Of a DNA stretch of 64,000 nt, positions 38,650 through 52,298 are shown piece by piece (position 1 is the first letter of the stretch; each line of letters begins with the position of its first letter). The stretch lies in assembly GCF_041956535.1 (NCBI RefSeq), contig NW_027192206.1:1-64000 (forward strand), written 5' to 3'. Origin of the DNA: Calcarisporiella thermophila CBS 279.70. Taxonomy: Eukaryota > Fungi > Calcarisporiellomycota. The translations under genes and the position numbers were made by a program. The notes under the pieces were generated by a model. It was not told where the DNA came from. It saw only the letters and a program-made list of their open reading frames with translations, and did no database searches.

Positions 38650-39489
38650 TTACCAGCAACAGCTCGCTCGCTCTGATGGCCGCTGCGTCCGATGACCTAT
38701 AGACATCACATCGCTCTCTGTCATGTCGAAATCCATTACAGGAACTTTTACTATTCTTGCAATATGTGTAAACGCTTCTTCCACATTTGTTCCATCTTTG
38801 GCGCTTGCTTCAAAGTGAGATATTTGCTGCTGCCGACCTGAATAACGCTGTGCGAATGCTTTGGCCTGTCTTCGGGATACCACTCGATCATCAATATCGA
38901 TTTTATTTCCAATAAGTATGAATGGGAATTCTGTGGGATCGTGGATGGCGGCCTGTTTGATGAACTCGGATCGCCAGCGTTCAAGATGTTCAAAGGAAAG
39001 ATAGTCTGTGACATCGTAAACGAGGATGCAGGCATCTGCACCGCGATAAAACGCTACACCGAGGGATTGAAAGCGCTCTTGTCCTTAGTAGAGAAAATAA
39101 GACAATGGATTGCTAGAACCAATTTAAGTCTCTTGTACCTGCTGTGTCCCATATTTGCAGGGTCACTGATCGCTCTCCCAAGAAGACCTGCTTCGTGATA
39201 AAATCTGCCCCGATAGTTGCTTTATACTGATTTGTGAAGCGCCTATGAATGAACTTTAGAGAAAAGGCAAAAATTCGATAAAGTACTTAAGCAATAGTAA
39301 AATAAAATCAATCTCTACGCTTGTAATTACCTGATTGCGAAGAGAAGTCTGTGCGATTATACACGAGAATAGATGAGGATACATCGCAAGAGAATGAAAA
39401 TGGAGATTATTAAAGATAATTCATAAGTTACTTACTTTTCCGACACCACCATCTCCTATAATCACCACTTTTAGTATTTCCTTGGGCAT
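38650..39489 (-). CDS. Rab7/Ypt7-like small GTPase (divergent paralog)
   Basis: [39 protein letters not shown] and C-terminal CCW prenylation motif. Confidence 0.9.
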
Positions 39490-40168
39490 GGAACAAGCGG
39501 ATAGGCGTGAGCAATGGTTTGGATAGAGCGACAATCTATTGAAGGTGTTGAATCAGCGGATAACTCAAAGAAAGCTTTGTTCCTTGATAGAGCGTATTAT
39601 TTTAAAATTCAGTCACTCGCTTTTAAGTGAATGCAATTTCTACTGCATCTCTAGGCTTGGTATCACAAAATACAGCAGAGATTAGGGCTGAATTTCTATG
39701 TGGCGGGTGAACCTGAAGTAGAACTCCAAAAAACCCGAACCATTAAGCCATTTATTAAGCTCGTTTTGTAGAAGTTAAAAAAAAGTATAATTAACTTGGA
39801 TGCTAATAGCTTAACTCTACTTGTTGTTCCGGCTCTCATTCTTATCTACACTTTAGATTCTCAATCGTTTTTCAAATTTGCCCATAAGCTGGTAAATCGT
39901 ATTTGCAGACCATTCCGTCTATGAATGCGTCAATACAGGCCAATAGGTCATGTACCATATGGGGCATTTTACAAGTTGGCATTGATGAAGGTTGAGAATA
40001 AGATTGGGATGCAACCGGAAAAGATATAAAACTAAGAATTTTGCAAGGTATGCTGGAGGCCAAATGCAAAATGAAGCAGATTCCACAAGAGCTGCGACGA
40101 AAAAATAGATCTACATAGATTGAAGTTGATCGTATTTTATTCATATTTACAGATAGGGCCATTATTAT

Positions 40169-41074
40169 CTATATTGTTTGTTCAGCTATTGGATTGGCAT
40201 GGATGGTTATACTTCGAATACGGACATCTTGGATCGGACGATATTTTTCATCGACAGGCACCTTTTCAATAGCATCCAAGGTAGTATCGGCACCATCAAT
40301 TACCCTGAAAAAATAAACAAAAGTTAGTGAAAAGAGGTTAGATCCATGTTGACCCTGAATAGATTAGACGGTTCTTACTTTCCAAATATAGTGTATTTTC
40401 CATCGAGATGGGGCTGCTTGCCATAGGTGATGAAAAATTGAGATCCTAATGAAAAATATGAAAATTTCCTTCATATATATTCTAAGAATCTTTCAAACAC
40501 ACTCATTGATATTTACCATTGGTATCCGGACCTGAATTGGCCATCGATACGATGCCTCTAGCATTATGCTAACAGTGCATTAAAATAGTTAATATCGAGT
40601 TAAAGACAAATTTCAGTGTATATTCTGCAAAAACCTTTAGTGTAGACCGTATTTCATCTGCAAATTTCCGCCCCCATATTGAAGTTCCACCTTTGCCTGT
40701 TCCCGTAGGATCGCCTGTCTGCACCATAAACCCGGCAATATTACTGTGATTATGAAATGTAAACAATAATAAAAAAGGTAAAGGGAATGCTCGCATCGAG
40801 GAAAATTTATTTAATCTTTACCGATGAAAAAGGGTGTTGTCATAATACCCACTTGCACATAATGCAAGAAAATTCTATTTTGTACAATACGAGAGGAGAA
40901 TCAACGAGATCCATAATTTAATTTAATAAATATAAATACCTCAGCTGTTCTTGGAACTGCCTCACAAAATACCTCTATTTTGAGCTCACCAAGATCTGTA
41001 TTTAGTGTGACCGACTAGTACAGTATGTCATTAGAGAGAATGAGTAATATTGGCAAGTTAGCTGAACATACCAT
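40169..41074 (-). CDS. PPIL3: Cyclophilin-type PPIase, PPIL3/Cyp10-like, multi-exon
   Basis: [37 protein letters not shown]; [16 protein letters not shown]; [15 protein letters not shown]; [10 protein letters not shown]; TIHANP. Confidence 0.92.
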
Positions 41075-41289
41075 TTCACGCACTTCGTTAAAAATTGCAA
41101 TGGGTAATGTCTCGGTAAAGAAGCATTGGAAATAAGCCACGAAAAATTTTGTAACTCCGATTAATATTTGTTACACCCCTGATCTCTAAAATTCCCATCT
41201 ATAAGTTTATTATTTCCCCCTGTTTGTTCTGATTGCAAAACAGTTCGCTCTATTTTTTTTTCTCTCTCTCTCGCTCAGCTAGCTTCTGG

Positions 41290-41408
41290 TCGCGTAATTA
41301 TAAAATTAAAGGTAACCATTACATTTTGATCTACATTTTGACCTGTGATTTTGACCTTTTTTATGAGAGCGGTACAAATTACGCGTTTAATCCATAATAC
41401 TAACGCGT
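41290..41408. promoter_or_regulatory. Cluster of MCB-like elements (ACGCGT at 41381 and 41403, TCGCGT at 41290)
   Basis: Repeated CGCGT cores in an AT-rich divergent promoter, 50-170 nt upstream of the HMG-box ATG. Confidence 0.45.
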
Positions 41409-41455
41409 AGTTTCTTTCTATTCATCAATTCAAGCACCGGTTTAATCGTTAACTG

Positions 41456-42232
41456 ATGTCGCAACTCTCATACCAAGAAAGGAGTAATCTCGTAAAGTCG
41501 CTGAAAAAGAAGACTTTGAATGTAATTATACGCTTAAAAAGCGCGTTAAACACGTTTGATTTTTGCTAAATTATTTTTTTAACTCTCATTTAGGCTGTTG
41601 CAGCACTTCGGACTGTCGCTGACTTTCTTGAGGAGACAAACAATATTTTACCACAGATATTCAATTATTTGTATGAAGATGCTCATGCTGTTGCCCCAAA
41701 ACGCAAGCGCGATATCGATCCAAACGCCCCTAAGAAGCCAAACACGGCCTATATTCTTTTTAGCAACGAAGTGCGTCCTAAGATCAAAGCCGAATTTCCT
41801 GATGCAGATCAAAAACAAATCGTAACGATTATCGGGGAAAGGTGGAAGCAACTTCCTCAAGAGCAGAGGAAAGTATTTGAGAAAAAATACATGGAGGGAA
41901 AGGAGCGCTATGATGCCGAGAGAAAAATGTATTTAGCGAATCAAGAGGCGGAAAAGCACCCACATGAGTTAGAGGAGGAGGAAGAAGAGGAGGAAGAAGA
42001 GGAGATATCTGCTCAACCACCACCTTCAAAGAAGCATAAAGCGGATAACGTGAGCCAGAAATTGGCTTCCCATGAAAATATCGAACCAGAATCTTCTAAA
42101 GGTGAAGAGAAGAAAAAGAAAAAGAGAGGTAAAAAAGGGGGTGCGGATGTTAATGGTAAATCGCACACTGAAGAAGGAGTGAAGGGTAAAGAAGAAGGCG
42201 GGAAGAAGAAGAAGAAGAAACAAAAGCAGTAG
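41456..42232 (+). CDS. HMGB-type HMG-box chromatin protein with acidic tract and Lys-rich tail (Hmo1/Nhp6-like)
   Basis: Exon 1 MSQLSYQERSNLVKSLKKKTLN, one intron, then DPNAPKKPNTAYILF...IGERWKQL...KERY, a poly-E tract and a poly-K tail. Confidence 0.88.
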
Positions 42233-42906
42233 CGATTACATAGTTAATTTTAATATGAGTGTTAGTTTTTTTTTTGTATCTCTAATAATTAATAATAATT
42301 TTGTTTGCTTGGAGTGTGAGATTGTCAATTATTTTGATATATACCCTTAAAGCACTCTTAATTGTGGACTGGAAAAATGAAACTAGTATTAAATGTAGGG
42401 CTCGAAAGGCTTTCGGCTGAGAAGTTGAAGATCATATTTGCCCTCACCAGGGTTTCTGCGAAGCTGCTGTGATTGAAACTAAAGTTATATTGTGTTTTTT
42501 ATATTGCATGAAATATTCGAGACGCTAGAAATAATACGTGAAAAGAAGAGCCAGGGCTGTTAATCGATCGAATTATGAAATTATAGACATATAGATAGAA
42601 CGAATGCCTACGAAACTCTAATGCAAAATATGTCAATGAATGCTCTTGGCATCTATGGTGAATTCTTTTATTTTAAACTGCTTCCAAGCAATTAGTGCCT
42701 AGAGTCCCCAAATCATATCTCGACATCTGTCCTAATTTGCAAGCCACATGTCATTTTAAGATCTTGGATAGTCTGAGATATTATTGGGATAGTTCTCTTT
42801 TCTTTCGCAGCGAAATTTTCTTGTTTCGTCCTCGTCTTGCCCTTGTTATTTTTTCGTGTTTTTTCTTTTTTTTTTTTTGGAGGATATAAATTTATAGGGT
42901 GCCAAA

Positions 42907-45900
42907 ATGCAGATGTTAACAAAGGTGAATGTCACAATCATGCTTGAGGTTTTCGATAGAATCCATCATCCCCTTTATTTTTTGCGTTAAAAAGTTTTTT
43001 CTATCCATTTTCTTTTTTTATTGCTTCGGATGAGCAAACCAGAGATCTATATATATATATTCATGTATTAACCACCATTCTTCCTAATAGTTTGAGTCAA
43101 AGAGCAATAGGGTGAAAGGGATTGCGTTTCATCCGAAGCGGCCATGGATACTGGCTGCACTTCATAATGGGTGCATTCAGCTGTGGGATTATCGGATGGG
43201 GACCCTTTTAGAACGTTTTGATGAACACGATGGTGAGTAATTAAATACTAATTTTTAATTCGTTAACCCCCAAACTTAACTTAATATCTGGGCTCTATTC
43301 TGCCTCTTCTATCTTTTAATTCTTACTTATACTCACTCTGCTTTTTTATTTTTATATCTCACAGGCCCAGTTCGTGGAATTGCCTTCCATCCTACACAGC
43401 CTCTTTTTGTCTCAGGTGGCGATGATTACAAAATTAAAGTATGGAACTACAAGACACGCCGCTGCCTATTCACATTGAATGGCCATCTTGACTACGTACG
43501 CACAGTCTTCTTCCATCACGAGTGCCCGTGGATAGTTAGTGCATCAGATGACCAGACTGTTCGCATCTGGAACTGGCAATCTCGATCGTGTATCGCTATT
43601 TTGACGGGGCACAATCACTATGTTATGTGCGCGCAATTTCATCCTAAAGAAGATCTTGTAGTGTCGGCATCACTCGATCAGACAGTGCGTGTGTGGGATG
43701 TCTCTGGGTTGCGGAAAAAAGGATCCTCGCCTGGATTAATGCAGTACGAAGATGCTTTCCAGCGTGCAGGTGCTCCACCCGAATTATTTGGTAGCCTGGA
43801 CGTTGTGGTGAAATATGTGCTTGAAGGTCACGACCGGGGCGTGAACTGGGCCGCATTCCATCCCTCTCTGCCACTAATTGCCTCATGTGGTGATGACCGC
43901 CAAGTGAAGCTGTGGAGAATGAATGGTTCGTACTAAATTTATTATACCCCGTGCTTGGAATCAATGAGTAATGGACATTGTTTTTATAGACTCAAAAGCA
44001 TGGGAAGTCGATTCATGTCGTGGTCACTTCAATAATGTTTCCTGCGTACTCTTCCACCCACGCCAGGATTTGATCATCTCCAATGGTGAAGATAAAACGA
44101 TCAGAGTGTGGGATATGTCCAAGCGTACCGCTGTTCAGACATTCCGTCGCGAACACGATCGTTTCTGGGTTATGGCTGTTCATCCGGAATTAAATTTGTT
44201 TGCTGCTGGTAAACCTGGTGTTTCATTATTCCCTCAACTCCTTTTCGTGACATTTCGCCTCTTTTTTTTTAGGGCATGACAATGGTTTGATCGTATTTAA
44301 GCTAGAGAGAGAACGGCCTGCATACGCCGTACACCAAAACAGTCTTTTCTACATCAAAGACAAATATTTGCACGTACACGATTTTAGCAATGGGTCTGAT
44401 AATTCGGTTCTTTCTGTTCGACGCTTAGGAAATCAGTATACGCAGCCGCGCTCTCTTTCGTATAACCCTGCTGAGCGTGCAGTACTCGTGACAACGGTGT
44501 GTTATTCACATTTTGCCACACTTTCAGGAACGATTTCTAATAGGCTCTTTGTAATTTTATCGTTTTGGCAAATATAGTCGGCAGAGGGTGGACTTTATGA
44601 ACTCTTTAACCTTCCTCGTGATTTTGCTTCCGGTGAGCCGCGCGAACCCTCTGATGACCAAAAACGGGGGCCCGGTTCCTCTGCGATTTTCATTGCACGT
44701 AATAGATTTGCGGTGCTTGATAAAATCAATCAGGTATTTTAATTGCTGGCTATTTCCACTTGTAGGCCATACTTTAAACATTATGTTCATCTTTTACATA
44801 GCAAATACATATTAAAGACCTTTCCAACGCTACGACTAAGAGTGTGAAGCCTCCGGCTCAAGTGAATGAGATATTCTACGCAGGCACCGGTAATTTGCTT
44901 TTGAGCACGCCCAACTCGGTAATCCTCTATGATATCCAACAGCGTAAGACCCTTGCGGAATTGTCCACACCGCCTGTGAAATATGTGGTTTGGTCAGCAG
45001 ATATGAATATGGTGGCATTGCTTAGCAAGCACAGTAAGTTATTTATTTTTGAGATATGATAAGCATGATAATTCATTTTTTTTATTTTACTTTAAGCTAT
45101 TACCATTGCAAACAAACTCCTGGAACAAAGTAGCCTCATCCATGAGACAATCCGTATCAAGAGCGGTGCTTGGGATGACGTGGGCATCTTCGTTTATTCC
45201 ACGCTTAATCATATTAAATATGCTCTTCCCCAGGGGTAATATATACCGTTTTTTTCATTTATTTTGGAATTTGGCTGATCTCTTGGATATGATTTATTTA
45301 GTGACCACGGAATCATCCGCACGCTTGAGCACCCTGTATATCTCACTCGTGTCAAAGGAAAATCGGTGCATATCCTCGATCGGGATGCTAATGCCCGTGT
45401 GATCACGATCGACCCAACTGAGTATCGCTTCAAACTTGCCCTCATTAAACGTAATTATGACGAGGTGCTCTATATCATTCGTAACTCGAACCTTGTTGGT
45501 CAAGCGATCATTGCCTATTTACAAAAGAAAGGCTACCCTGAGGTTTGCTCTTTTCGAGGACAACATTGGTTATGCTTATAGGTTAATTTTTTTTTTCACC
45601 CTATATAGATTGCTCTGCACTTCGTACGAGATGATAAGACGCGCTTTGATTTGGCGCTAGAATGTGGCAACTTGGAAGTTGCCCTTGAGACCGCGAAGGC
45701 CATGGACCGTGAGGACTGCTGGAGCCGTCTTGCAAAAGAGGCCCTAAGGCAAGGCAATTTCCAGGTAATATGGCCCACCCTTTTTTTTTCAATAATTGCC
45801 GGCTAATTCTCGATATCCTCCTCTCAGATCGTGGAAAAAGCCTACCAGCGTACCAAGAGTTTTGATCGTCTTTCATTCCTCTACTTAATTTCGGGAAGTA

Positions 45901-47512
45901 CGGACAAGTTGCGTAAGATGATGAAGATTGCAGAATTGCATGGCGACCAAATGCTACGATTCCATAATGCCCTCTATCTTGGGGACGTGGAGGAGCGTTT
46001 ACGTCTGCTTAAAGAAGTTGGCCAGCGTGCGTATTCACTGTTTGCATTCCTCTTCCTTTTCAGCTGTATTCACCTTTTTATCTGGAATTAGTTCCTCTTG
46101 CTTATCTGACTGCTAAAGCACATGGAATGGCTGAAGAAGCCGAGTCGATTCTTGCTACCGCGGATCTTACGCCCGAGGATGTAGAGGATTATGGTGGTCG
46201 TGGCGATCAGCTTGTGCCTCCCGAACCCGTTGTACGCTTGGAGGATAATAACTGGCCCCTGTTGTCCGTCCCCGGTGGATCTCTGGCTAACGCTTTCGCT
46301 GCAGCAGCAGAGAATCAGCCCCCAGTGCAAGGAGTTGGTGTTCCTCAAGCTGCAGCAGCTATGCTCGAGAATGTGGAGGATGCCTGGGGCGCAGAAGAGG
46401 ACCTCATTATTTCTGGTGGTGTCCAACTCGTCACTTCGGTTGGTGGTGAGCCCGCAGGCATGGGTGAAGAGGCCCTTGACGTGGATGCTGGATGGGGCTT
46501 CGATCCCGATCTCAAGGTACAGTTGGAGGCAGAAGCCATCAATGGCGCAGCACAAGAAGCCGCGGGCGACTTCGTGGCCCCTACCCCTGGCCAGCCGGAA
46601 TCCGCACTCTGGGTGCAGAACTCTCCACTGGCGGCCGACCACGTTGCTGCGGGATCTTTCGAGACCGCTATGCAAATCCTAAATCGACAGGTTGGAGCCG
46701 TGAACTTCACCCCCCTCAAGCCGCACTTCATGGCGATGTATCAGGCCACACGTGCCGCCATTCCAGGCAATATCTCGATGCCTCCTCTTGTCGTGCCCAT
46801 TCGGAGAAATCCCGACGAACAAGAGGTGCGGCGCTCACTCCCCGCCCAAATCAACTCTCTCCAGCGAATTGTGTCCCAAGACTTGCAGTCGGCGTATGCG
46901 CTCACCAAGGCCGGAAAATTCCAGGATGCCACCGTCACGTTCAAGAAGATCCTGCATTCGCTTTTGCTGCTTGTCACCGAGGCCGACAAGGTCGACGAGG
47001 TGCACCAGCTGGTCAACGAGTGCCGGGAATATTTGGTGGGTTTAGCCATTGTGCAAGAGCAGCGTAGCCTCCCGCCGGAAGAGACAAAGCGCGCGCTTGA
47101 GCTTGCCGCTCTCTTCACACACTGCCAGCTGAAGCCTGCCCATATGCTCCTCAGCTTACGGAACGCATCCACTGCCTGCTTCAAAGCCAAGAACTTTGCC
47201 ACCGCTTCTCTCTTCGCTCGCAGACTCCTCGAACTCAATCCGCCTCCCAACGTCTCCACCCAAATCCGCCAAATGCTTGCCGTATGCGAGCGTACCCCGC
47301 GAGACATCATCCCTCTTGACTACGATCAGCACGCAGCCTTTGTTATCTCCGCAGGATCACACACCGCCCTTCTACGGGGCGCAAGCGGCGATATCGTACA
47401 CTGCCCCTATTGTCGCGCAAATTACGAAGTGAGCTACAACGGAAGTTTGTGTCAAGTGTGTGAGATTGCCCAGGTGGGGGCGAATTCTACTGGGCTGAAG
47501 GTGTCGCTGTAA
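42907..47512 (+). CDS. COP1: Coatomer subunit alpha
   Basis: [16 protein letters not shown]40 repeats ([28 protein letters not shown]), GYPEIALHFV and C-terminal [14 protein letters not shown]...CPYC...CQVC. Confidence 0.97.
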
Positions 47513-48150
47513 TTGTGTAGTTGTGTGGGGAGGAGAAAAAAAAAATCCTTTTTCATTCCATTGATCACTTTCTATTCTATTTCTATTTTCTTTTCTTTCT
47601 TCCTGGGAGTGTATCATTCCTTTTTTATTAGAAGTATTTTTTTTTTGTTGTATGGGAGTTTTTTTTTGTTCCGTTTCTTTTCTTTTTACCACAAAAGAAT
47701 ACGAGTTAAGACAAATAAATGGGAATATATTTTACATTTACTCAGACTACGGATGTCACGGATAAAATAACAGGAAAATAGACAAAAAATAAAGAGTGGA
47801 GAAAGTTTAAAACCATATCGGGGATGGACATAGATTAGATGAACCAAGTCAGACCTCAAAGAATCACCACGATTGAGATTAAGACCCATCCACCACTTTG
47901 GATTGACTCCCAGTTCGTTGCAAGAAAATGATAGCAACAAAACAATCTATTCCGCACTCGGGTGCCAGAAAAATCAATAGGAAAACAAGCCTTTATATAT
48001 ATAAATATATATATATTTGCTATATATATATATTTATATCTAAACCGCAAGCGAAAATAAACCAAGAGCTGTAGAAATGAAAATAAAAAAAAAAAATAAG
48101 AGAAACAGGGAAAAAGAAAATGAAAAAGAAAACAAACAGGAGTGCTAATT

Positions 48151-50413
48151 TTACATATCTTTCTGCAGCCGATTCATCCGTTCCGTATCCACCCAACTAC
48201 GAAGAGAAATGGGTCAGTGCAACAGAGAAGAGTGAAAAGCAAAAACCTCAAAGGAGAGCTTACATGCGAACCGATTTATCATCACTCGCGGATGCAAACA
48301 TCAAAGGATCTGCGGGGTTCCAGGCCACGCTGTTGACCACAGACGTATGCCCTTTGAGCACCTCGATCAGTGTTCCGTGATCCCGGTGCCACACGTAAAC
48401 GCACGAATCCTCGCTTCCGCTCACAACAAACTGTTGATCCCGCCCGCCAAAACATGCACGAATAATGTAGTCTGCTTGTCGATGCCCCGTGTATTTACGC
48501 TCTAGTGTGCGGTCCTCTAAGTTCCAGAGATGGAGCCCAGAGGGCTGCAGGCTCACTAACAGGAGCTTGCCGTCCGGTGATAGGCACACTGAACTTATAC
48601 TCGTGCTCTCTTGAATGCACCTGTTTTTAATAAAACGCTCAGCCAACCATGTGGTTCGACAAAGAGTTGAATGAAACAAAGCAAAACTAGAATAGCATAC
48701 ACTTCTTCTGTCCAATTTTCTAAGTTGTACTTCCGAATCCGATGCTCATTGCAAACCCCTATCAGAAAACGTCCCGCAGGATCTACGATTAAATCCCGTG
48801 TGCGCTGAGTCTTCCATCGGTGAATTAGTGTCCCATCCACATTCTAGCAATTGTATAGATCCAGTTGTAGGTGAAAGTCCCATCTGCAACACAATGGTGT
48901 TTGTGTAGAATATGCATTACCCATAGATATACGCTGAAATCAAAACCAGCAGTGGCGAACCGTTCCCCATCCGGCAGCCACACACACGCAGATATCTGCT
49001 CAGTGTGCTTCTGCACCGTACGAATGCACTCTCCATCCTTGTATCACAACAGAGGAGGTAGGGGTTATTAGGATAATAATTTTCAAAAGAGTGTGTGGGT
49101 AGCGAAAATAGATGGTATCGTGATATTTTACCTCAACCCGCCAAATCTTGACTCCGTCTGCAAAATCAAATGAACACGACAGGAGCATGGTGTCATCAGG
49201 CGACCAAGACACATACGATACAGATTTTGTATGTCCCCTTAGTGTTCGAATAGATTTGCCCTCCTAATAAAGTGTAGTAAGACATTAGCGTCAGAGATGG
49301 AACCCCTGTCTACAAAGCAATAGTGGCGTTGTGCTCTACCTCGACATCCCAGATGATGACCGTCATATCTTTTGAAGCAGATGCCAAGAGGCGTCCAGAG
49401 TTGGAAAATGCTACAAACCAAACCTCATCGGTGTGCTGCTCAAGAATATGCCGTGTCACGCATGGGAATTTGGCACGAGTGCATTGATGATCCGTGTAAA
49501 GACATAGAGTGTCGTCATCGGTGTCATGATATAGGCAACGAGCACGCTGGTACTCGTTTGCCTGCAATAGCAGCGTCTCTAGTCTTCTTGCTGGAACCAT
49601 GATAGACGAAGAAATATATTCTAAGAATTGCAAAACCATTTAGAGATTAGCTGAAACCATCCCTCCCTTTTCCAATAAAAAAACTTCATATACGTTGGAG
49701 ATCTAATAGAAGTTTCTCGCGGGAAACACCACCCGCCCCATCCCATTCTGCTCTCCTCCTCAAATTTTCCGGATTTGAACACATCATATAGCTAAATGCA
49801 AAAAAAAAAAATCAGCATCACGTGTCATACCAATTAAGACGTGCGCGCCAACCTAGAGAGAGAATGTAATCGCTCAGGTGCTGAACTTAGGGGTGTCAAT
49901 TCATTTCGCAATACGTGTAATGCCCGTTTGAGTTGCTGAGCTTCAAGCAATTCGAGATATTTTTGCTGAGAAATTAGGAATTTGACTTTCTATTGGCAAG
50001 CAAAAGAATACATTAAGACAATGTCATTTCCCCCTGCGATTCATTCGACGCTGGAAAACCTACCTGCAGGTCTTCTCCTTCATTTAACCCCAGCCCTGTC
50101 AAAAGGCCTTCAGCCTCTGACCAATCTCCCGCCATTACTGCACTCCGAAATCTCGCAACCTCTGTTGATTCCAACATATATCCCGATTCTTGCTCTAATA
50201 CCGACGCCGATTCGCTAAACAATCAAAGTTGATTTAGTAATCTTCCATCGGAATGATAATGGTCGTTCCTATGAATTAAGGGCTTTCATACTTGTAACCT
50301 AGATCTTGCAGCGCCTGGACGATTAAGCGAACTAGCTCTTGGGGCTGGAAACGGGTTCGTGGCATGTGGCCATTGAGCCCATTCACCCCATTGGGCTCTT
50401 CTTGAGTAGTCAT
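48151..50413 (-). CDS. WDR26: WD repeat protein 26 / Gid7 (LisH-CTLH-WD40), multi-exon
   Basis: ELVRLIVQALQDLGY (LisH), FRSAVMAGDW (CTLH), QQKYLELLE, MVPARRLETLL, HTDEVWFVAFS and YTGHRQADYIIRACFGG...SGSED. Confidence 0.9.
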
Positions 50414-51164
50414 GGTTCTAGTTTACCCTCACGCTGAGATTAGGCTCCTGAAACGCGGATAATATTTTGAGATAAGAATATGACAAAAGCTAATTCCCCC
50501 AAAAAATTATTAAAGAAAAGAAATAAGATCCAAGGGAAGAGAAGAAATGCTCAGACAACCGCAGCCACTGTGGAGTATGGGAAAATGGGTGAATTGGAAG
50601 AGGGCGGTAATTGAAAACGGCAAAGATGGGGTTAAGAGAACAAGGGGAAAAGTGAAGGGAAAATTAATAGATAGCCTCCACTGGTGGAGATGGAGGAGCT
50701 ATTGCGTGACTTGTCATGTAATTAAGTCACATTCGGCATAAATGCTTTGAGAAGATGACTCTAGTTTCGAGCCATCATTCTGATCTATGGCTTCATCCCA
50801 CCCCACCACTTTTTCCAGTGTTTACTTGTTAAAGGCTTGTCAAGTTATCACCGCCCTATCTGCATATATTTAGTGAGCTGTTTTAAGAGAGGGAGAAGGA
50901 AGCGACGCATCCAGGCACTACTAGTTTTATGTCGTAATTATTCTAACACTATCATGGCCATCCAATGAATACATTAACTCTTTAATATCGAAAAAAAATA
51001 AGACCATAAGGTTACTTCACACGTATATATATGTAACATAAATCGGAAATATCCTCAAATCAAACAAAAAAAAGGAAAATCGAAATAATGATATATTAAG
51101 TATAAAGCATTTATATTTTGAGAGTAAAAGAGTATAAAAGATCTGAAGTGAATTTGATTTGCAA

Positions 51165-52076
51165 TTAGTTCACCTGAGTGCATTCGCGGGAGATATGACC
51201 CTCTTGTTGGCACTTGTAGCATTTTTTGGCTATGAAGAAGACGGATTGATCCAATTATTTTACTTCCCTTGTACTGGTCATTCACTCAAGAAAGAGGCCT
51301 ACCTTGTTGAGGACTAGGGCAATCGCGGGAAACATGGCCGAAGTTGCCACAGTTATAGCATTTTGATCCCTGCCTACAATCGCGCGACATGTGGCCCGTC
51401 CGACCGCAGGTATAGCAGCTCATCGGCCGTCCATAGCCTCCTTGTTGACCTCTGTTTTCAGGGCAGTTTCGGCTAATGTGGCCAGTGTTACCGCACTAAA
51501 GAAACATTAAATTTCAGAGATGAAAGGCTAGATAGCGCGCATTCTGATACATACCTTGTAACATGACTGAGTGCTGCTCTCCTGATTAGAGTTTGGGCAA
51601 TCTCGGGACTGTTTAAACGCAGTGGGTCAGATTAATATAGAAGGATGCATTATCTGCCCATTGCTTACAAGATGACCAGTTTCATTGCATCGATAGCAGG
51701 TTTTCTCCGCACGCTCATTAGTGCAATCTTTGCTCAGATGACCCTGCTGGTTGCAGTTATAGCTGAGTGGTTGAGGGAAAACACGATGAGAAAAATAAAG
51801 TATAGAATTATCCATGCTAGGTCAGATCATTTACCACACGGGCGAGTTCTTTGTGCAATCACGAGCCTGATGACCAGCTACAACAACAAAACACAAACAT
51901 CATTAACCCCAACCCTCCCCCAGAAGAACATTCAAGTCGTTCCAAAAAATTCAAGATGCCCATAAAGAATCATCTTATATTGGAAATATTCCAGTTCCAA
52001 TGGATAAAAATAAAGAATAGAGAATTTGTCATTTACATTCGCCACAGTTGTAACAGGGTTTTCCACGGAACGACAT
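51165..52076 (-). CDS. CCHC zinc-knuckle RNA-binding protein (CNBP/Gis2/Byr3-like)
   Basis: Repeated CYxCxxxGHxxxxC knuckles across several exons, from [13 protein letters not shown] to [18 protein letters not shown]. Confidence 0.9.
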
Positions 52077-52298
52077 TTTTGCTTATGAAATGGAGGAGAT
52101 GAAAGGAATAATTAATACGTCAATTCCACGCTAGAGAAGAAAAAAAGGGTGAAAAAATAAACAAAAACATTTTGCTGCCGTCTCGAGTGCACGTGCCTGT
52201 GGCTTAGACATCTCTATTGCCAAGAGAGAAAGATAATGGTGGCGGCTGACATCTCCCCCTCCCATATCTACACCAGATATTTGCTCACAAGCATTTTC

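Noticed and set aside
41456-42232. HMG-box gene as a possible mating-type sexP/sexM locus
   Set aside because: The box is HMGB-type (DPNAPKKP..AY..F), not MATA_HMG, and the typical flanking TPT and RNA helicase genes are absent.
46088-47432. Several long antisense or alternative-frame ORFs (128-195 aa) over the last COP1 exon
   Set aside because: Shadow ORFs of a GC-rich coding exon, with no recognisable motifs.
47994-48040. (AT)n run between COP1 and WDR26
   Set aside because: Ordinary low-complexity microsatellite in a convergent 3' region.
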